Below, piece by piece: positions 36,417 to 46,885 of a stretch of 64,000 nt of DNA. The translations under genes were made by a program, and so were the position numbers. Under the pieces are notes generated by a model, which saw nothing but the letters and a program-made list of their open reading frames with translations, did not search any database and was not told the DNA's origin. Positions within the stretch are counted from its first letter, which is position 1; every line of letters begins with the position of its first letter. The DNA is from Alphaproteobacteria bacterium (GTDB lineage Bacteria; Pseudomonadota; Alphaproteobacteria; CAAGCB01; CAG-977), in the NCBI GenBank assembly GCA_900768845.1, contig CAAGEK010000025.1, positions 778 to 64,777 on the forward strand, in the 5' to 3' direction.

Positions 36417-37304
36417 ATGACCCGACAGGAACAGGACGGACAGGAACAGGACGGAGTGACGGCGAAACAGATTGTCGATACGCTGTTCGGCCCCGACGAA
36501 GCGGTTTTCGACCGCGAAGGGCGGGGCGTGTCGATTGACGAGTTGTATCCCGCTTTTTCCGCAGATCCGGACGGACAGGAGATTTTGCCGTTGTCGGGGA
36601 CGACATTCGGAGAACCGGTCGTCGTGGAAGAACCGAATCTGAGTTTCCTGACGCCGTATTTGGATGAATTGCGCCTGTTTGAAAAACGTTGGGGGTTTGT
36701 CAAAGGCGGGGAAACGCGTGAAGAATGGTGTTTGCGGATGCGTGAGGAAGTCGCTCCCGTTTTAAACGAGCTGACGAAAATCTGTTCCGAAGAGGAGATT
36801 ATGCATCCGCAAGGGGTGTATACTTATGTTTCCTGTGCGGCGGAGGGGGAAACGCTGTTTTTGTTTCCGAACGGGGAAACGGAAGCCCCCCGTGCTTTGA
36901 ATTTTCCCCGTTTGGCGAACGGGGCGTGTTTGTGCGACCGTTTCAAAACCCTTTCGGGCGGCGGTCGCGACGCCCTCGGTTTGATTGCCGTCAATCTGGG
37001 AACGAAAGTTTATGAAACGGTTCGGTTGTGGACGGAACAGGGACAGGCCGAAGACGCAAAACTGTTGGACGGGTACGCCGTCGAAATGGCGTACGCTCTG
37101 ACCGGATACGTCGCATCAATGATGGGCGCGCAGGGCGTTTGCGTCGGCAATCTTCACCCCCTTGGCGTTTCAAAAGAAGGGAACGCCAAGGATCAATCCG
37201 TTTTGATCAAACTCGTCCAAGCCCGAAGCATCGGCATTTCATTCAGCGGCAATTACCGTATGACGCCCGAATATGCGGCGTTGGCGTTGCTGTTGCCGCG
37301 GTGA
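36417..37304 (+). CDS. stand-alone methionine-synthase activation-domain-like protein
   Basis: 295 aa. Its C-terminal half resembles the MetH reactivation (AdoMet-binding) domain and ends IGISFSGNYRMTPEYAALALLLP. Recognition is by eye only. Confidence 0.5.
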   Translation: MTRQEQDGQEQDGVTAKQIVDTLFGPDEAVFDREGRGVSIDELYPAFSADPDGQEILPLSGTTFGEPVVVEEPNLSFLTPYLDELRLFEKRWGFVKGGETREEWCLRMREEVAPVLNELTKICSEEEIMHPQGVYTYVSCAAEGETLFLFPNGETEAPRALNFPRLANGACLCDRFKTLSGGGRDALGLIAVNLGTKVYETVRLWTEQGQAEDAKLLDGYAVEMAYALTGYVASMMGAQGVCVGNLHPLGVSKEGNAKDQSVLIKLVQARSIGISFSGNYRMTPEYAALALLLPR

Positions 37305-37319
37305 AACGGACGCGGCGGC

Positions 37320-37904
37320 TTATTTGCTTTTCGCTTCGTTTCCGGTGATTTCCCCGTCAATCGCCGGCAGGATTCCGTCAACGGAATCGACGTACGTCAC
37401 CAGATTTGCGTGTTCGGGCAGGACGTACCCTTCGGCGATCAAGGCATCGATGATGTTGCGGAACGGTTCCCAAAATCCGTTCGCATTATACATGATAATC
37501 GGCTTGGAATGTTCCCCGAGCTGTTTCAGCGTCACGATTTCAAACACTTCGTCCAAAGTTCCGATTCCCCCCGGTAAAACGCAAAAAGCGTCGGCGGCTT
37601 CGAACATGGCGTCTTTGCGCACGTGCATGGACGGCAAAACCTTCAATTCGCTCAACTCGAAACGGGGAACCTCGCGGCTTTGCAACAAGTCGTTGATAAT
37701 GCCGGTGACTTTTCCTCCGGCATTCAGCGTTGCTTCCGCGACGGCTCCCATCATTCCGGTGTGTCCCGCTCCGTAAACCAGACGGATGCCGTTTTTTCCC
37801 AAAAGCGTGCCCAATTCTTCGGCCGCCTTGATAAATGCGGGGTTTTTACCGTTTGAAGCTCCGCAAAATACGCCGAGCGATTTGATTTTTGCCATATTCG
37901 TCAT
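37320..37904 (-). CDS. LOG-family nucleotide 5'-monophosphate nucleosidase (TIGR00730 type)
   Basis: 194 aa with GAGHTGMMGAVAEA and the diagnostic PGGIGTLDEVFE. Confidence 0.88.
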   Translation of the reverse strand: MTNMAKIKSLGVFCGASNGKNPAFIKAAEELGTLLGKNGIRLVYGAGHTGMMGAVAEATLNAGGKVTGIINDLLQSREVPRFELSELKVLPSMHVRKDAMFEAADAFCVLPGGIGTLDEVFEIVTLKQLGEHSKPIIMYNANGFWEPFRNIIDALIAEGYVLPEHANLVTYVDSVDGILPAIDGEITGNEAKSK

Positions 37905-37987
37905 TCTTCCTGTTTAAAAAAATTGAGGGATTGCCTATAATCGTATAAAACGTTTATTTAATCTTTCCTTAATTTCCGACGGAAGCC

Positions 37988-39184
37988 ATGAAAAAGTTTT
38001 TTGTTTTGTTCAGTTTTTGTTGTCTGGGGTTTGTCGGGTCGCTTTGCGCCCAAGGTTTGGACGGCTTGTTTGATGACACGGATTTTTCGGGAAAGATTGA
38101 TGCGGCTCCTCAAAAAACTTCATCCGCTCCCGCCGCCGTTCCTGCGCCCGCTTCCGTTTCCGCAGGGACGCCGGCGGCTGTCGCGCCCCCCGTTTCCGCT
38201 TCTTTTCCGCCTCCCGCCGCGATGAACGCCCCCCGACCTTCCGCCGCGCCCGTCCCGCCGCAACCTTCATCCGCTCCCGTTGCGGCTCAGGCGACCGCTC
38301 CGGCTTCCGGAACCTCTCAAGCTCCGCAACCTTCTTCGTTGATGATGCACGGCGGATTCGGCGTGCCGCAAACGACGCCGTCCGCTTTGTCGTTGCCTTA
38401 CACGGGGGCGGTCGCCCCTTCGAACAAAGCGGGGCTGTTGTCGCGAATGGGAGGAGACGCCCCCGATTTGCCGATGTTGGGAATGGGCGGAGGTTCAAAA
38501 AAATCCGGCGGCGAGGAACAGCTTTCCCTGTTCGAGCGCAGAAGGCGCGAATTGGGCGATTACGAATCGAATGCGGCGGATTTCGACATCGCGGGCATGA
38601 TGTTGGGGATGACTCCCTCAGAAATCATGGAAGCCGCCGCCGCGAACGGTTTTTCCGTCAAATTCAGAAACCGGAAAATCCCGTCTTTCCTGAGGTGGAA
38701 ATATAAAAAACTGTGTTTGAAGGAGACGTCTTTTTCTTATGCCGCGTTGCAACAGTGCATCAAGGAGGCGGCAGAGGGCGAAGAACAGGAATATGTATCG
38801 CGTCTGCAGTTTGTAAAACCCGAACTGAAGGAAAAAATCAACGTCGAATTCACCAGCGGTTTCGGCGGCAACAAGGCGTATCGCATCCGGTATGAAAACA
38901 AGGCGGATCATTCTTTGGGGGCGACGGCGGAAGGCCAGTATCACAAAAACAAGCGGCGCAGGGATTTTATGTATGCCGTTTTGCAAAAATACGGACAGCC
39001 CGACGACGAAGACGCGATGTTGTGGGGCATGAAAGACGAAGGGGCGTATTTGGAAGCCGCGATTTCCCCCGCTTTTTTGGATGTGACTCTGACTTTGGAA
39101 AATATGGATCTTACGGATACCGACTCGGACAATATGTTTTTGGCCGATAAAAAAGAAGCCTTGGAAACCAAGTTCAGCTTTTAA
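37988..39184 (+). CDS. secreted Pro/Ala-rich protein of unknown function
   Basis: Signal peptide MKKFFVLFSFCCLGFVGSLCAQG, about 120 aa of PA-rich low complexity, and a globular C-terminal half. Confidence 0.65.
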   Translation: MKKFFVLFSFCCLGFVGSLCAQGLDGLFDDTDFSGKIDAAPQKTSSAPAAVPAPASVSAGTPAAVAPPVSASFPPPAAMNAPRPSAAPVPPQPSSAPVAAQATAPASGTSQAPQPSSLMMHGGFGVPQTTPSALSLPYTGAVAPSNKAGLLSRMGGDAPDLPMLGMGGGSKKSGGEEQLSLFERRRRELGDYESNAADFDIAGMMLGMTPSEIMEAAAANGFSVKFRNRKIPSFLRWKYKKLCLKETSFSYAALQQCIKEAAEGEEQEYVSRLQFVKPELKEKINVEFTSGFGGNKAYRIRYENKADHSLGATAEGQYHKNKRRRDFMYAVLQKYGQPDDEDAMLWGMKDEGAYLEAAISPAFLDVTLTLENMDLTDTDSDNMFLADKKEALETKFSF

Positions 39185-39225
39185 AGCGTTTGCGGCTGTT
39201 TGAAAAAGAAGACGGGGCTTCGTTC

Positions 39226-39882
39226 ATGCCGGTTTTGAAAAACAAAAAGGCGAATTTTGAAAAACTGGCCGCTTTCGGTTTTAAACGGGAAGGAAAGGAT
39301 CTCGTTTTCCGCACGTCTTTGGCCGGAGGAATGTTTCAAACGACCGTTTCCGTTTCGGATGGCGGCGTTTTAAGAACCCGAACGACGGATGCGGACACTC
39401 TTGAACCTTATGATTTGCATTTGGTTGAAGGGGTGACGGGGGCTTTTGTCGGAAAGTTGCGTGAAGAATATGATGCGTTTTTGAACGGCGTCGTTGAACG
39501 GTGTTTTGACGAAAACGTTTTTAAAAGCGCGCAGGCTGTTGAAATTATTGATTTTATCGCACGAGAATACCGCGTTTCACCCGAATTTTTGTGGGCTAAG
39601 TTTCCCGATAATGCGGTGTTTCGGAAAAAAGCGAACGCCAAATGGTTCGCCGCTTTGCTGACGGTGGAGGAAAGTAAAGTCCGGACGGGCGGAACGGGAA
39701 AAATCGAGATTGTCGATTTGAAAATGCGCGCCGGAGAGCGTGAGAGCCTGATTGATAACGAAAAATATTACGCCGGTTGGCACATGAATAAAAAAACATG
39801 GTTTACAATATGTTTGGACGGTTCCGTCCCGACAGGGGAGATTTTCGACAGAATCCGGAACAGTTATGAATTGGCGGTTTGA
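39226..39882 (+). CDS. MmcQ/YjbR-family protein with extra N-terminal domain
   Basis: The C-terminus KWFAALLTVEE...YYAGWHMNKKTWFTICLDGSVP is YjbR-like. The ORF is open from a TTG at 39190, but I prefer the ATG at 39226. Confidence 0.65.
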   Translation: MPVLKNKKANFEKLAAFGFKREGKDLVFRTSLAGGMFQTTVSVSDGGVLRTRTTDADTLEPYDLHLVEGVTGAFVGKLREEYDAFLNGVVERCFDENVFKSAQAVEIIDFIAREYRVSPEFLWAKFPDNAVFRKKANAKWFAALLTVEESKVRTGGTGKIEIVDLKMRAGERESLIDNEKYYAGWHMNKKTWFTICLDGSVPTGEIFDRIRNSYELAV

Positions 39883-39997
39883 CGCTTTTTCGTTGATTAT
39901 GCCGGCTCTTCTTTCTCAGGCGGCCGGAAATAAAGAGGGAAATGAAAAAGCGGAAAAGCCCGACCGCTTTTCCGCTTCAACCGTTTGCCGCCCTTTT

Positions 39998-40540
39998 TTA
40001 ATAAGAGCCCAAATCGATCGTCCCTTCGCCCAACAGGACGGAACGTTGTTTGTCAAAAGAACCGGTGCGTTTGTATGCTTTGATCGTCGCCTGATAAGTG
40101 CTTCCGGTTTTGAAACACGGCGGCAGGTAGGCAAAAGGCTTTGCAGGGTTTGCACGGTTGGCCTTTTCTTCAAAGGCGTACGGAGGCAGAACGCCGGATT
40201 CTCCGGGAACGGGCATTAGCGTTGCCGATGAAGAACCGTCATGATAAAAACCGACCGATCCCAATCCGCCGTCGGTCGCCAAAGCCGGAACGCTCAGATT
40301 GTTGATTTCCATGATCAGGACGTTCGTACCGGAAGGAATGCCGGAAACATACACGGCCGGCGTGTTTCCCGCACCGCCGACGCCGCGGCACATCTGAACG
40401 GCCGGAAAGTCAAAGCCGTTCCAATCCGTCGGTTCTATAAAGCGGACGTCCAATTCGGGGAAACCGCCGAAGAACAGCGGTCGGGAGCATCCCGTCAAAG
40501 CGGCCATCATCAAAACCGATAAAAACAGTCGTTTCATCAT
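39998..40540 (-). CDS. lipoprotein of unknown function
   Basis: MMKRLFLSVLMMAALTGC is a lipobox signal peptide. The longer ORF from 40603 lacks signal-peptide logic. Confidence 0.65.
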   Translation of the reverse strand: MMKRLFLSVLMMAALTGCSRPLFFGGFPELDVRFIEPTDWNGFDFPAVQMCRGVGGAGNTPAVYVSGIPSGTNVLIMEINNLSVPALATDGGLGSVGFYHDGSSSATLMPVPGESGVLPPYAFEEKANRANPAKPFAYLPPCFKTGSTYQATIKAYKRTGSFDKQRSVLLGEGTIDLGSY

Positions 40541-40609
40541 TTTTTCGTTCCGTTTTAAAAAGTCTATATTTAAGCTTATAGCAAATTTTTTATTAAGGAA
40601 CAATTTATT

Positions 40610-41338
40610 ATGGCTTTTCGTATTTTGGACGCTTTTTTTCCGCCTTTATGCCTGTCGTGCGGCAAACGGATCGAAAATGCGGGAAAGCTTTGTTCCGGCT
40701 GTTTTTCAAAATTGAAATTCGTCAAGCCCCCGTTTTGCGGCGTTTGCGGCAAACCGTTGCCCGACGGATGCGGTTCGCCGGTTTGCGGGGAATGTTTGAC
40801 GCACTCTTTCGGCTTTTCAAAAGCCCGATCCGCATTGTGTTACGGTGAAATTTCCAAAGATTTGATTTTGGCTTTGAAATACGGCGACCGGACGGACGGA
40901 GTCGATTGGATGGCTTCCGTCATGCAATCGGCGGGGGGCGATGTTTTGAACGGGGCGGATGTGCTGATTCCCGTTCCGCTTCACCGTTACAGGCTGTTGT
41001 CCCGAAAATACAATCAGGCGGCGTTGTTGTCCGCATCTTTGAGCGGTTTGACAGGCGTTCCGTCAGATCCGTTCGTTTTAAAACGCAACACGGCGACCGC
41101 GAAACAGGGGCATTTTTCCCGCGCCGGACGTTTTAAAAACGTTCAAGGGGCTTTTCAGGTTTGCGCCGGACAAAACATAAAAGGGAAAGTCTGCGTTTTG
41201 ATTGACGACGTCATGACGTCCGGAGCGACGGCCGACGCTTGCGCCGCCGTTTTGAAAAAAGCGGGAGCGGGGGACGTCCGCGTCCTGACGTTGGCGAGAG
41301 CCGTGGATCATCAGGCCGTGACGGCGCAAATTTCATAA
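40610..41338 (+). CDS. comF: ComF-family phosphoribosyltransferase-like protein
   Basis: N-terminal Cys4 pairs (CLSCGK...CSGC, CGVCGK...CGEC) and the PRPP loop VCVLIDDVMTSGATADA. Confidence 0.85.
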   Translation: MAFRILDAFFPPLCLSCGKRIENAGKLCSGCFSKLKFVKPPFCGVCGKPLPDGCGSPVCGECLTHSFGFSKARSALCYGEISKDLILALKYGDRTDGVDWMASVMQSAGGDVLNGADVLIPVPLHRYRLLSRKYNQAALLSASLSGLTGVPSDPFVLKRNTATAKQGHFSRAGRFKNVQGAFQVCAGQNIKGKVCVLIDDVMTSGATADACAAVLKKAGAGDVRVLTLARAVDHQAVTAQIS

Positions 41339-41933
41339 ATGTCGCCGCCGCAAACGCGGTCGAAGCGGGCTTTGAGTTTTTGCGCGGCGTCGGCCAAAAC
41401 CATCGTCCTGCGTTCGGGCAGCTCCGAATAGCGGCGGATCAGCGATCGCGCCCTGAATTCTATCGTACAGTCGGTTCCGCAGTCGTTCAACCAGTCGCAC
41501 AACTGAATCAACCTGTCGTAGTCGTCGTATCTTAACGGGCGAACCAGCCGCGCCGCCTCCGCGACCAGATTGTCGGGGTTCGGCATCAGGTTTTTGCGCG
41601 ACCCGCGAACCAGAAACGAATGGGTCAGACAAGTCCTTGCGACTTCTTTAAATCCGAAAGCCGACATATAATGGTATCCGCTTAACGGATGAAAAGTGTT
41701 TTCCCCGTATTCGTTCCATCTTTTGCCTATGTCGTGAAGCAATCCCGAAACATAGGCTCTGTAAGGATCCATAAAGGACGTGCGGGCGGCGATTTTTTCT
41801 GCCAGACGCGCAACGCCGAAGGAATGAGCCCGCCAGGAAACCTCGTCGAATCCGTCGGGAGAAACTTTCATCCGTCTTTCGGCCGCTTCGTCGATCAATT
41901 CCGCCGCATATTCTCGCGAAGGGCTAAACACGG
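41311..41933 (-). CDS. HD-domain phosphohydrolase
   Basis: HD motif VSGLLHDIGK. The proposed GTG start at 41933 overlaps the cupin stop (GTGTTTAG); the alternative ATG is at 41871. The 3' end overlaps convergent comF by 28 nt. Confidence 0.6.
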
Positions 41934-42316
41934 CCGTAAGCGTCCTCGTAACGCGTAATGTCCGACTCGTCCAGCGTTTCGCCGGTTTGCACTTCGATGA
42001 AAACCATCGGATCCCTGCCTGCGTTTGCGATACGGTGCTTGGTTTTCGCAGGGATGAAAAACGGCGTTCCGGCTTTTGCGGTGAAAGTGTCCTCACCGAT
42101 TCGGACTTCGGCCGTTCCCTGAACGATGATCCAATGTTCGTCGCGATGCTCGTGGCTTTGCAAGGATAAAACCCTGCCCGAATCCACGGTGATTTTTTTG
42201 ACGGCGAAAGCGTCGCCCGTTTCCAAAACTTCCCAACAGCCCCACGGACGCGTATCGCGGTCGGATTTTGCATAATTGACGGCCAAACTTGTTCTCCTTT
42301 GTCCGTAAAAATTCAA
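41924..42316 (-). CDS. cupin-fold protein (mannose-6-phosphate isomerase type II-like)
   Basis: 130 aa with RPWGCWEVL and the cupin metal motif LSLQSHEHRDEHWIIVQGTAEV...PAKTKHRIAN. Confidence 0.8.
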   Translation of the reverse strand: MNFYGQRRTSLAVNYAKSDRDTRPWGCWEVLETGDAFAVKKITVDSGRVLSLQSHEHRDEHWIIVQGTAEVRIGEDTFTAKAGTPFFIPAKTKHRIANAGRDPMVFIEVQTGETLDESDITRYEDAYGRV

Positions 42317-42442
42317 GACAGAACGAGTTTCGGCTCCTTTTTATGAAAAGGCAATATTTTTTCGGCTAAATCTTGCTTTACCGTCCGGAACATTGTATGA
42401 ATGTTCGTTTTTAATCGAAACAAGGAACCGGAATAAAACCTG

Positions 42443-43672
42443 ATGGTATGTGTTGTACAGAAATTCGGCGGAACCTCGGTCGCCGACGCCGAACGGATCC
42501 GGAACGTCGCGCTGAAGGTCAAGGCGGAATATGACGCGGGCAATCAAGTCGCCGTCGTCGTTTCAGCGATGGCGGGCGTGACAAACCGGCTGGTCGCTTA
42601 TTGCAGGGAAATCTGCGAAGATTACAGTCCCGAAGAATACGACGTCGTCGTTTCGACGGGCGAACAGGTTACAATCGGCCTTTTGGCGATGGCGTTGCAG
42701 GCGATGGGGCTTCCCGCACGGTCGTGGACGGGATGGCAGCTTCCCTTGGTTACGGACGAAGCCCACTCGAAAGCCAGAATCCAACGCGTCGAAGTCGAAA
42801 AGCTTAAATCCGCGATGGCTAAAGGGGTGATTCCCGTCGTCGCCGGATTTCAGGGAGTGACGGAAGACGGCAGGATTACGACGCTGGGGCGCGGCGGATC
42901 CGATACGTCGGCGGTGGCTTTGGCGGCGGCGTTGAATGCCGACAGATGCGACATTTATACGGACGTCGACGGCGTTTACACGACCGATCCCCGCATCGTC
43001 AAAACGGCGCGCAAGCTCGACAGGGTGACGTATGAGGAAATGCTTGAAATGGCGTCGTTGGGGGCGAAGGTTCTCCAAACGCGCTCCGTCGAACTGGCGA
43101 TGAAGTATCAGGTCAACCTGCGCGTCGTGTCCAGTTTTGAAGATCAACCGGTCGGAACGACTATTTGCGATGAGGAAGATATCGTGGAAAAAGAAATTAT
43201 CAGCGGCATAACCTACAGCCGTGACGAAGCAAAAATCACTTTGGCGGGCGTTCACGACAAACCGGGCGTATCTGCGGCGATTTTCAACGCGATGGCCGAA
43301 GCCAACATCAGCGTCGACATGATCGTGCAAAGCGATTCGCCGGACGGCAAATCGACGGATATGACGTTTACACTGGCCGAATCGGAATTGAAAAAGGCTT
43401 TGGACATTTTGGAATCCTCGCGGGAAGCCATCGGTTTCAATTCTCTTTTGTCCGACAGCGACGTCGTCAAAATTTCGGTCGTCGGCGTGGGGATGCGCAC
43501 CCATGTGGGCATTGCGCGCAAAATGTTTCAGGCTTTGTCGGAACGCGGCATCAACGTTCAGGCGATTTCAACCTCTGAAATCAAAATCAGCGTCCTGATC
43601 GCCAGCGAATATGCCGAATTGGCGGTTCGCGCCCTGCACGCGGCTTTTAACCTTGATAAAAAGGAAGGGTGA
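42443..43672 (+). CDS. lysC: aspartate kinase
   Basis: 409 aa with VVQKFGGTSVADAERI, GRGGSDTSAVALAAAL and two C-terminal ACT domains. Confidence 0.95.
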   Translation: MVCVVQKFGGTSVADAERIRNVALKVKAEYDAGNQVAVVVSAMAGVTNRLVAYCREICEDYSPEEYDVVVSTGEQVTIGLLAMALQAMGLPARSWTGWQLPLVTDEAHSKARIQRVEVEKLKSAMAKGVIPVVAGFQGVTEDGRITTLGRGGSDTSAVALAAALNADRCDIYTDVDGVYTTDPRIVKTARKLDRVTYEEMLEMASLGAKVLQTRSVELAMKYQVNLRVVSSFEDQPVGTTICDEEDIVEKEIISGITYSRDEAKITLAGVHDKPGVSAAIFNAMAEANISVDMIVQSDSPDGKSTDMTFTLAESELKKALDILESSREAIGFNSLLSDSDVVKISVVGVGMRTHVGIARKMFQALSERGINVQAISTSEIKISVLIASEYAELAVRALHAAFNLDKKEG

Positions 43673-44709
43673 CAATGACGGTTGATAAGGCTTCCTGCGA
43701 TATATTGGATGCTTTTTGGAAACGCGGGCGTGAATTTTTGGGCACGCGCTATTCCGTTATGGGCGGCGCGATGTCGTGGATTTCGGAACATCATTTGGTT
43801 TCCGCCATTTCCAACGCCGGCGGTTTCGGCGTCATTGCAAGCGGCGCGATGCCTGCGGATTTGTTGGATCGGGAAATTGCGGCGACACGGGAATTGACGG
43901 ACGCGAACTTCGGCGTCAACCTGATCACGATGCATCCGCAACTGGACGACCTGATAGACGTGTGCATCAACCGCAAGGTGTCCCATGCCATTTTGGCGGG
44001 CGGCATTCCGACGGGGCAGTCGATTAAAAGGCTCAAGGACGCGGGCGTTAAAGTCATGTGCTTTGCGCCGGCTCTGGTTTTGGCCAAAAAGATGATTCGC
44101 GCCGGAGCGGACGCTTTGATTATCGAAGGGACGGAAGCCGGCGGACATATCGGTCCCGTTGCGACGAACATTTTGGTTCAGGAGATTATTCCGCATATTT
44201 CCGACGTTCCCGTATTTGTCGCGGGCGGCATCGGGTCGGGTGCGATGATGGCCGCATTTTTGGAAATGGGGGCGGCGGGATGCCAGCTCGGGACGCGTTT
44301 CGTATGCGCGACGGAATGCATCGCCCATCCGAATTTCAAAAAAGCCTTTATCAACGCCAATGCCCGCGACGCCGTACCGACGGTTCAAATCGATGCGCGA
44401 TTTCCGGTCATTCCCGTCCGTGCGATTGCAAACGAAGGGACGCGCCGCTTTATGGATTTCCAACTGGAAACGATTGAAAAATACCGTCGCGGCGAAATCG
44501 AACTGAAAGACGCGCAAATGGCGATCGAACATTTCTGGGGCGGGGCTTTGCGTCGCGCCGTTATCGAAGGCGACGTCGAAAACGGATCCCTGATGGCGGG
44601 ACAAAGCGTCGGTTTGGTAAAGGACGAACGCCCCACACAGGAGATTATTGACACGCTGATCAACGAAGCGGCGGAGTCCCTGTCGCGTATCCGCGGCGTT
44701 TTGTCGTAA
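43669..44709 (+). CDS. FMN-dependent nitronate monooxygenase / FabK-family oxidoreductase
   Basis: 346 aa with GGAMSWISEHHLVSAISNAGGFGVI, IIEGTEAGGHIG and FVAGGIGSG. Confidence 0.8.
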   Translation: MTMTVDKASCDILDAFWKRGREFLGTRYSVMGGAMSWISEHHLVSAISNAGGFGVIASGAMPADLLDREIAATRELTDANFGVNLITMHPQLDDLIDVCINRKVSHAILAGGIPTGQSIKRLKDAGVKVMCFAPALVLAKKMIRAGADALIIEGTEAGGHIGPVATNILVQEIIPHISDVPVFVAGGIGSGAMMAAFLEMGAAGCQLGTRFVCATECIAHPNFKKAFINANARDAVPTVQIDARFPVIPVRAIANEGTRRFMDFQLETIEKYRRGEIELKDAQMAIEHFWGGALRRAVIEGDVENGSLMAGQSVGLVKDERPTQEIIDTLINEAAESLSRIRGVLS

Positions 44710-44732
44710 CCGGATAAATAAGGGGGGCGGAA

Positions 44733-45770
44733 ATGGAGGAACAAACGGAAAGCAAGACGGCGGAAAGCGGAAAAAAGGCCGGCGTTTCCGCAAACGTCCC
44801 CGTCGAAGAAACTGCTTCCGGCGATGAAAGCGCGGGGGCGGTTTTGCGCCGCGCCCGTTTGGCCAAACACTTGGAAATCAGGGAGGTTGCGGCCTCTTTG
44901 TGTATTCGCCCCCGTTTTTTGGAAGCCCTTGAAAACGCGGAATACAAAGAACTCCCCGGCGGAGCCTATACGATCGGTTTCATTCGCAGTTACGCCGCGG
45001 TTTTGGGATTGGATGCGGACGAGATCGCCGGCAAATACAAATCCGAACTCTCGGAAACCGCGGAGCGCGGCGAAACGATTGTTTCCGGACTTGAAAAAAA
45101 CGGTGAAAACGCGCTTCCCGGATTGAAAACCGTTTTGGCGTCTTTGGCTTTGTTGGCACTTTTGTTCGCCGTTTCCAAAACGTTCAGGGAAGAACCGGCG
45201 GCTTTCGAGGACGAAACGGCGGAAGCGACCCTTCCCGTTCCGGAAAGCTCCGGCGGCGGTTCGTCCGGTTTTACGGCGGTTTCCGTGTCGCCCGTTCCCG
45301 CGGATACGCAACGGATCGCCGTCATTCCCCCCGTTCCGCCCGAAAAACCCGCTTTTTCCGAAGAGGGACAAGAGGCCTCCGTTACGGCGGAGCCTCCGTC
45401 CGTTGCGGAAAAGGATGTTTCGGGCACTCCTCTGGCCGAAGGGAGGAAAACGGATGACAACGTTCCCGATTACCGTATATTCGGACAGAAAAATTATAAT
45501 CCGCGCATCGTTCTGATTGCCAATTCCAATGCGTGGATCAAGGTTGTGCGCGGTGATTTCGTTTTGATTTCCCGCACTTTGAAAAAGGGCGACCGTTATC
45601 AGGTTTCGCGCAATTCCGAAAATCTGTATTTGGAAACGGGCAATGCGGGCGGTTTGGACGTTTATGTCGAAGGATTGCTTTTGCCGCCTTTGGGGTCAAG
45701 GGGAGAGAGGATGTCCGCAATCCGTTTGGATGCGGAAGAGCTTTTGTCCCGATCGATGAAAAACGATTAA
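44733..45770 (+). CDS. rodZ: RodZ-like cytoskeleton protein (HTH + TM + DUF4115)
   Basis: HTH region LRRARLAKHLEIREVAASLCIRPRFLEALENAEY...GFIRSYAAVLGLD, a TM helix LASLALLALLFAV, and a position immediately upstream of ispG. Confidence 0.8.
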   Translation: MEEQTESKTAESGKKAGVSANVPVEETASGDESAGAVLRRARLAKHLEIREVAASLCIRPRFLEALENAEYKELPGGAYTIGFIRSYAAVLGLDADEIAGKYKSELSETAERGETIVSGLEKNGENALPGLKTVLASLALLALLFAVSKTFREEPAAFEDETAEATLPVPESSGGGSSGFTAVSVSPVPADTQRIAVIPPVPPEKPAFSEEGQEASVTAEPPSVAEKDVSGTPLAEGRKTDDNVPDYRIFGQKNYNPRIVLIANSNAWIKVVRGDFVLISRTLKKGDRYQVSRNSENLYLETGNAGGLDVYVEGLLLPPLGSRGERMSAIRLDAEELLSRSMKND

Positions 45771-45787
45771 CGTTAAGGGATTGATAA

Positions 45788-46885
45788 ATGAGTCCGGAAA
45801 AAATCCAGCGGCGTAAGTCGCGCCGCATTTATGTCGGTTCCGTTCCCGTCGGGGACGGCGCGCCGGTTTCCGTCCAGTCGATGACGAACACGCTGACGTC
45901 CGATGCGGCGGCGACGATTGCACAAATCCGTGCGATGGAAGCCGTCGGCGTCGATATCGCCCGTGTTTCGTGCCCTGACGAAGAATCGACGGCGGCGTTG
46001 CGGGAGATTGTCAAAAACGTTTCCGTTCCCGTGGTCGCCGACATCCATTTTCATTACAAACGCGGAATCGAAGCCGCCGAAGCGGGGGCGGCCTGTTTGC
46101 GCATCAACCCCGGCAACATCGGTTCGGCGGAACGCGTGCGCGAAGTCGTTCGGGCGGCGAAGGATCATAACTGTTCCATCCGTATCGGGGTGAACGGCGG
46201 GTCTTTGGAAAAGGGGCTGTTGGAAAAATACGGGGAACCGTGCCCCGAAGCCATGGTCGAAAGCGCGCTGAACCAAGCAAAAATGCTGGAAGACGAAGAC
46301 TTTTTGAATTTTAAAATCAGTGTGAAATCTTCGGATACGCTGATGATGATCAAGGCTTACCGGCTTTTGGCGCAAAGTTGCGATCACCCGTTGCATTTGG
46401 GCGTCACCGAAGCGGGCGGATTGCGTGCGGGAACGGTCAAGTCCGCATTGGGTATCGGTTCTTTGTTAATGGACGGCATCGGCGATACGTTGCGCGTTTC
46501 CCTGACGGCGGACGTGACCGAAGAAGTCAAGGTCGGGTTCGAGATTTTGCGTTCTTTGGGATTGCGCTACCGCGGCGTCCGGATTGTTTCGTGTCCGACG
46601 TGCGCACGGCGGGGGATTGACGTTGAAAAAACGGTGCGCGCTTTGGAAGAACGGCTGGAACATATTTCCGTTCCGCTGAAACTGACGGTTTTGGGATGCG
46701 TCGTAAACGGCATCGGTGAAGCGCACGAAGCCGATTTGGGCGTTTGCGGCGGCGGAAACGGTCAGGCTTTGTTATTTGTCAAAGGCGAACAGCAAGGCCG
46801 GATCGCAACAAACGAGGTTATTGACACGATGGTGATGCTGGCGGAGAAAATGGCTTCGGAAAAACAGGCGGGAGAGGTGAAATGA
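45788..46885 (+). CDS. ispG: 4-hydroxy-3-methylbut-2-en-1-yl diphosphate synthase
   Basis: 365 aa with [16 protein letters not shown] and the C-terminal Cys ligands SCPTCAR...[10 protein letters not shown]. Confidence 0.96.
   Translation: MSPEKIQRRKSRRIYVGSVPVGDGAPVSVQSMTNTLTSDAAATIAQIRAMEAVGVDIARVSCPDEESTAALREIVKNVSVPVVADIHFHYKRGIEAAEAGAACLRINPGNIGSAERVREVVRAAKDHNCSIRIGVNGGSLEKGLLEKYGEPCPEAMVESALNQAKMLEDEDFLNFKISVKSSDTLMMIKAYRLLAQSCDHPLHLGVTEAGGLRAGTVKSALGIGSLLMDGIGDTLRVSLTADVTEEVKVGFEILRSLGLRYRGVRIVSCPTCARRGIDVEKTVRALEERLEHISVPLKLTVLGCVVNGIGEAHEADLGVCGGGNGQALLFVKGEQQGRIATNEVIDTMVMLAEKMASEKQAGEVK

Noticed and set aside
41311-42273. Full 320-aa extent of the HD-domain ORF
   Set aside because: The N-terminal ~115 aa overlap the cupin gene in another frame and are Ser/Arg/Lys-rich nonsense. 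The HD protein most plausibly starts at GTG 41933 or ATG 41871.
45154-45170. TGGCAC-N5-TTCGC inside rodZ
   Set aside because: It is internal to a coding region, has an imperfect -12 element (TTCGC rather than TTGC), and no downstream gene start would make use of it.
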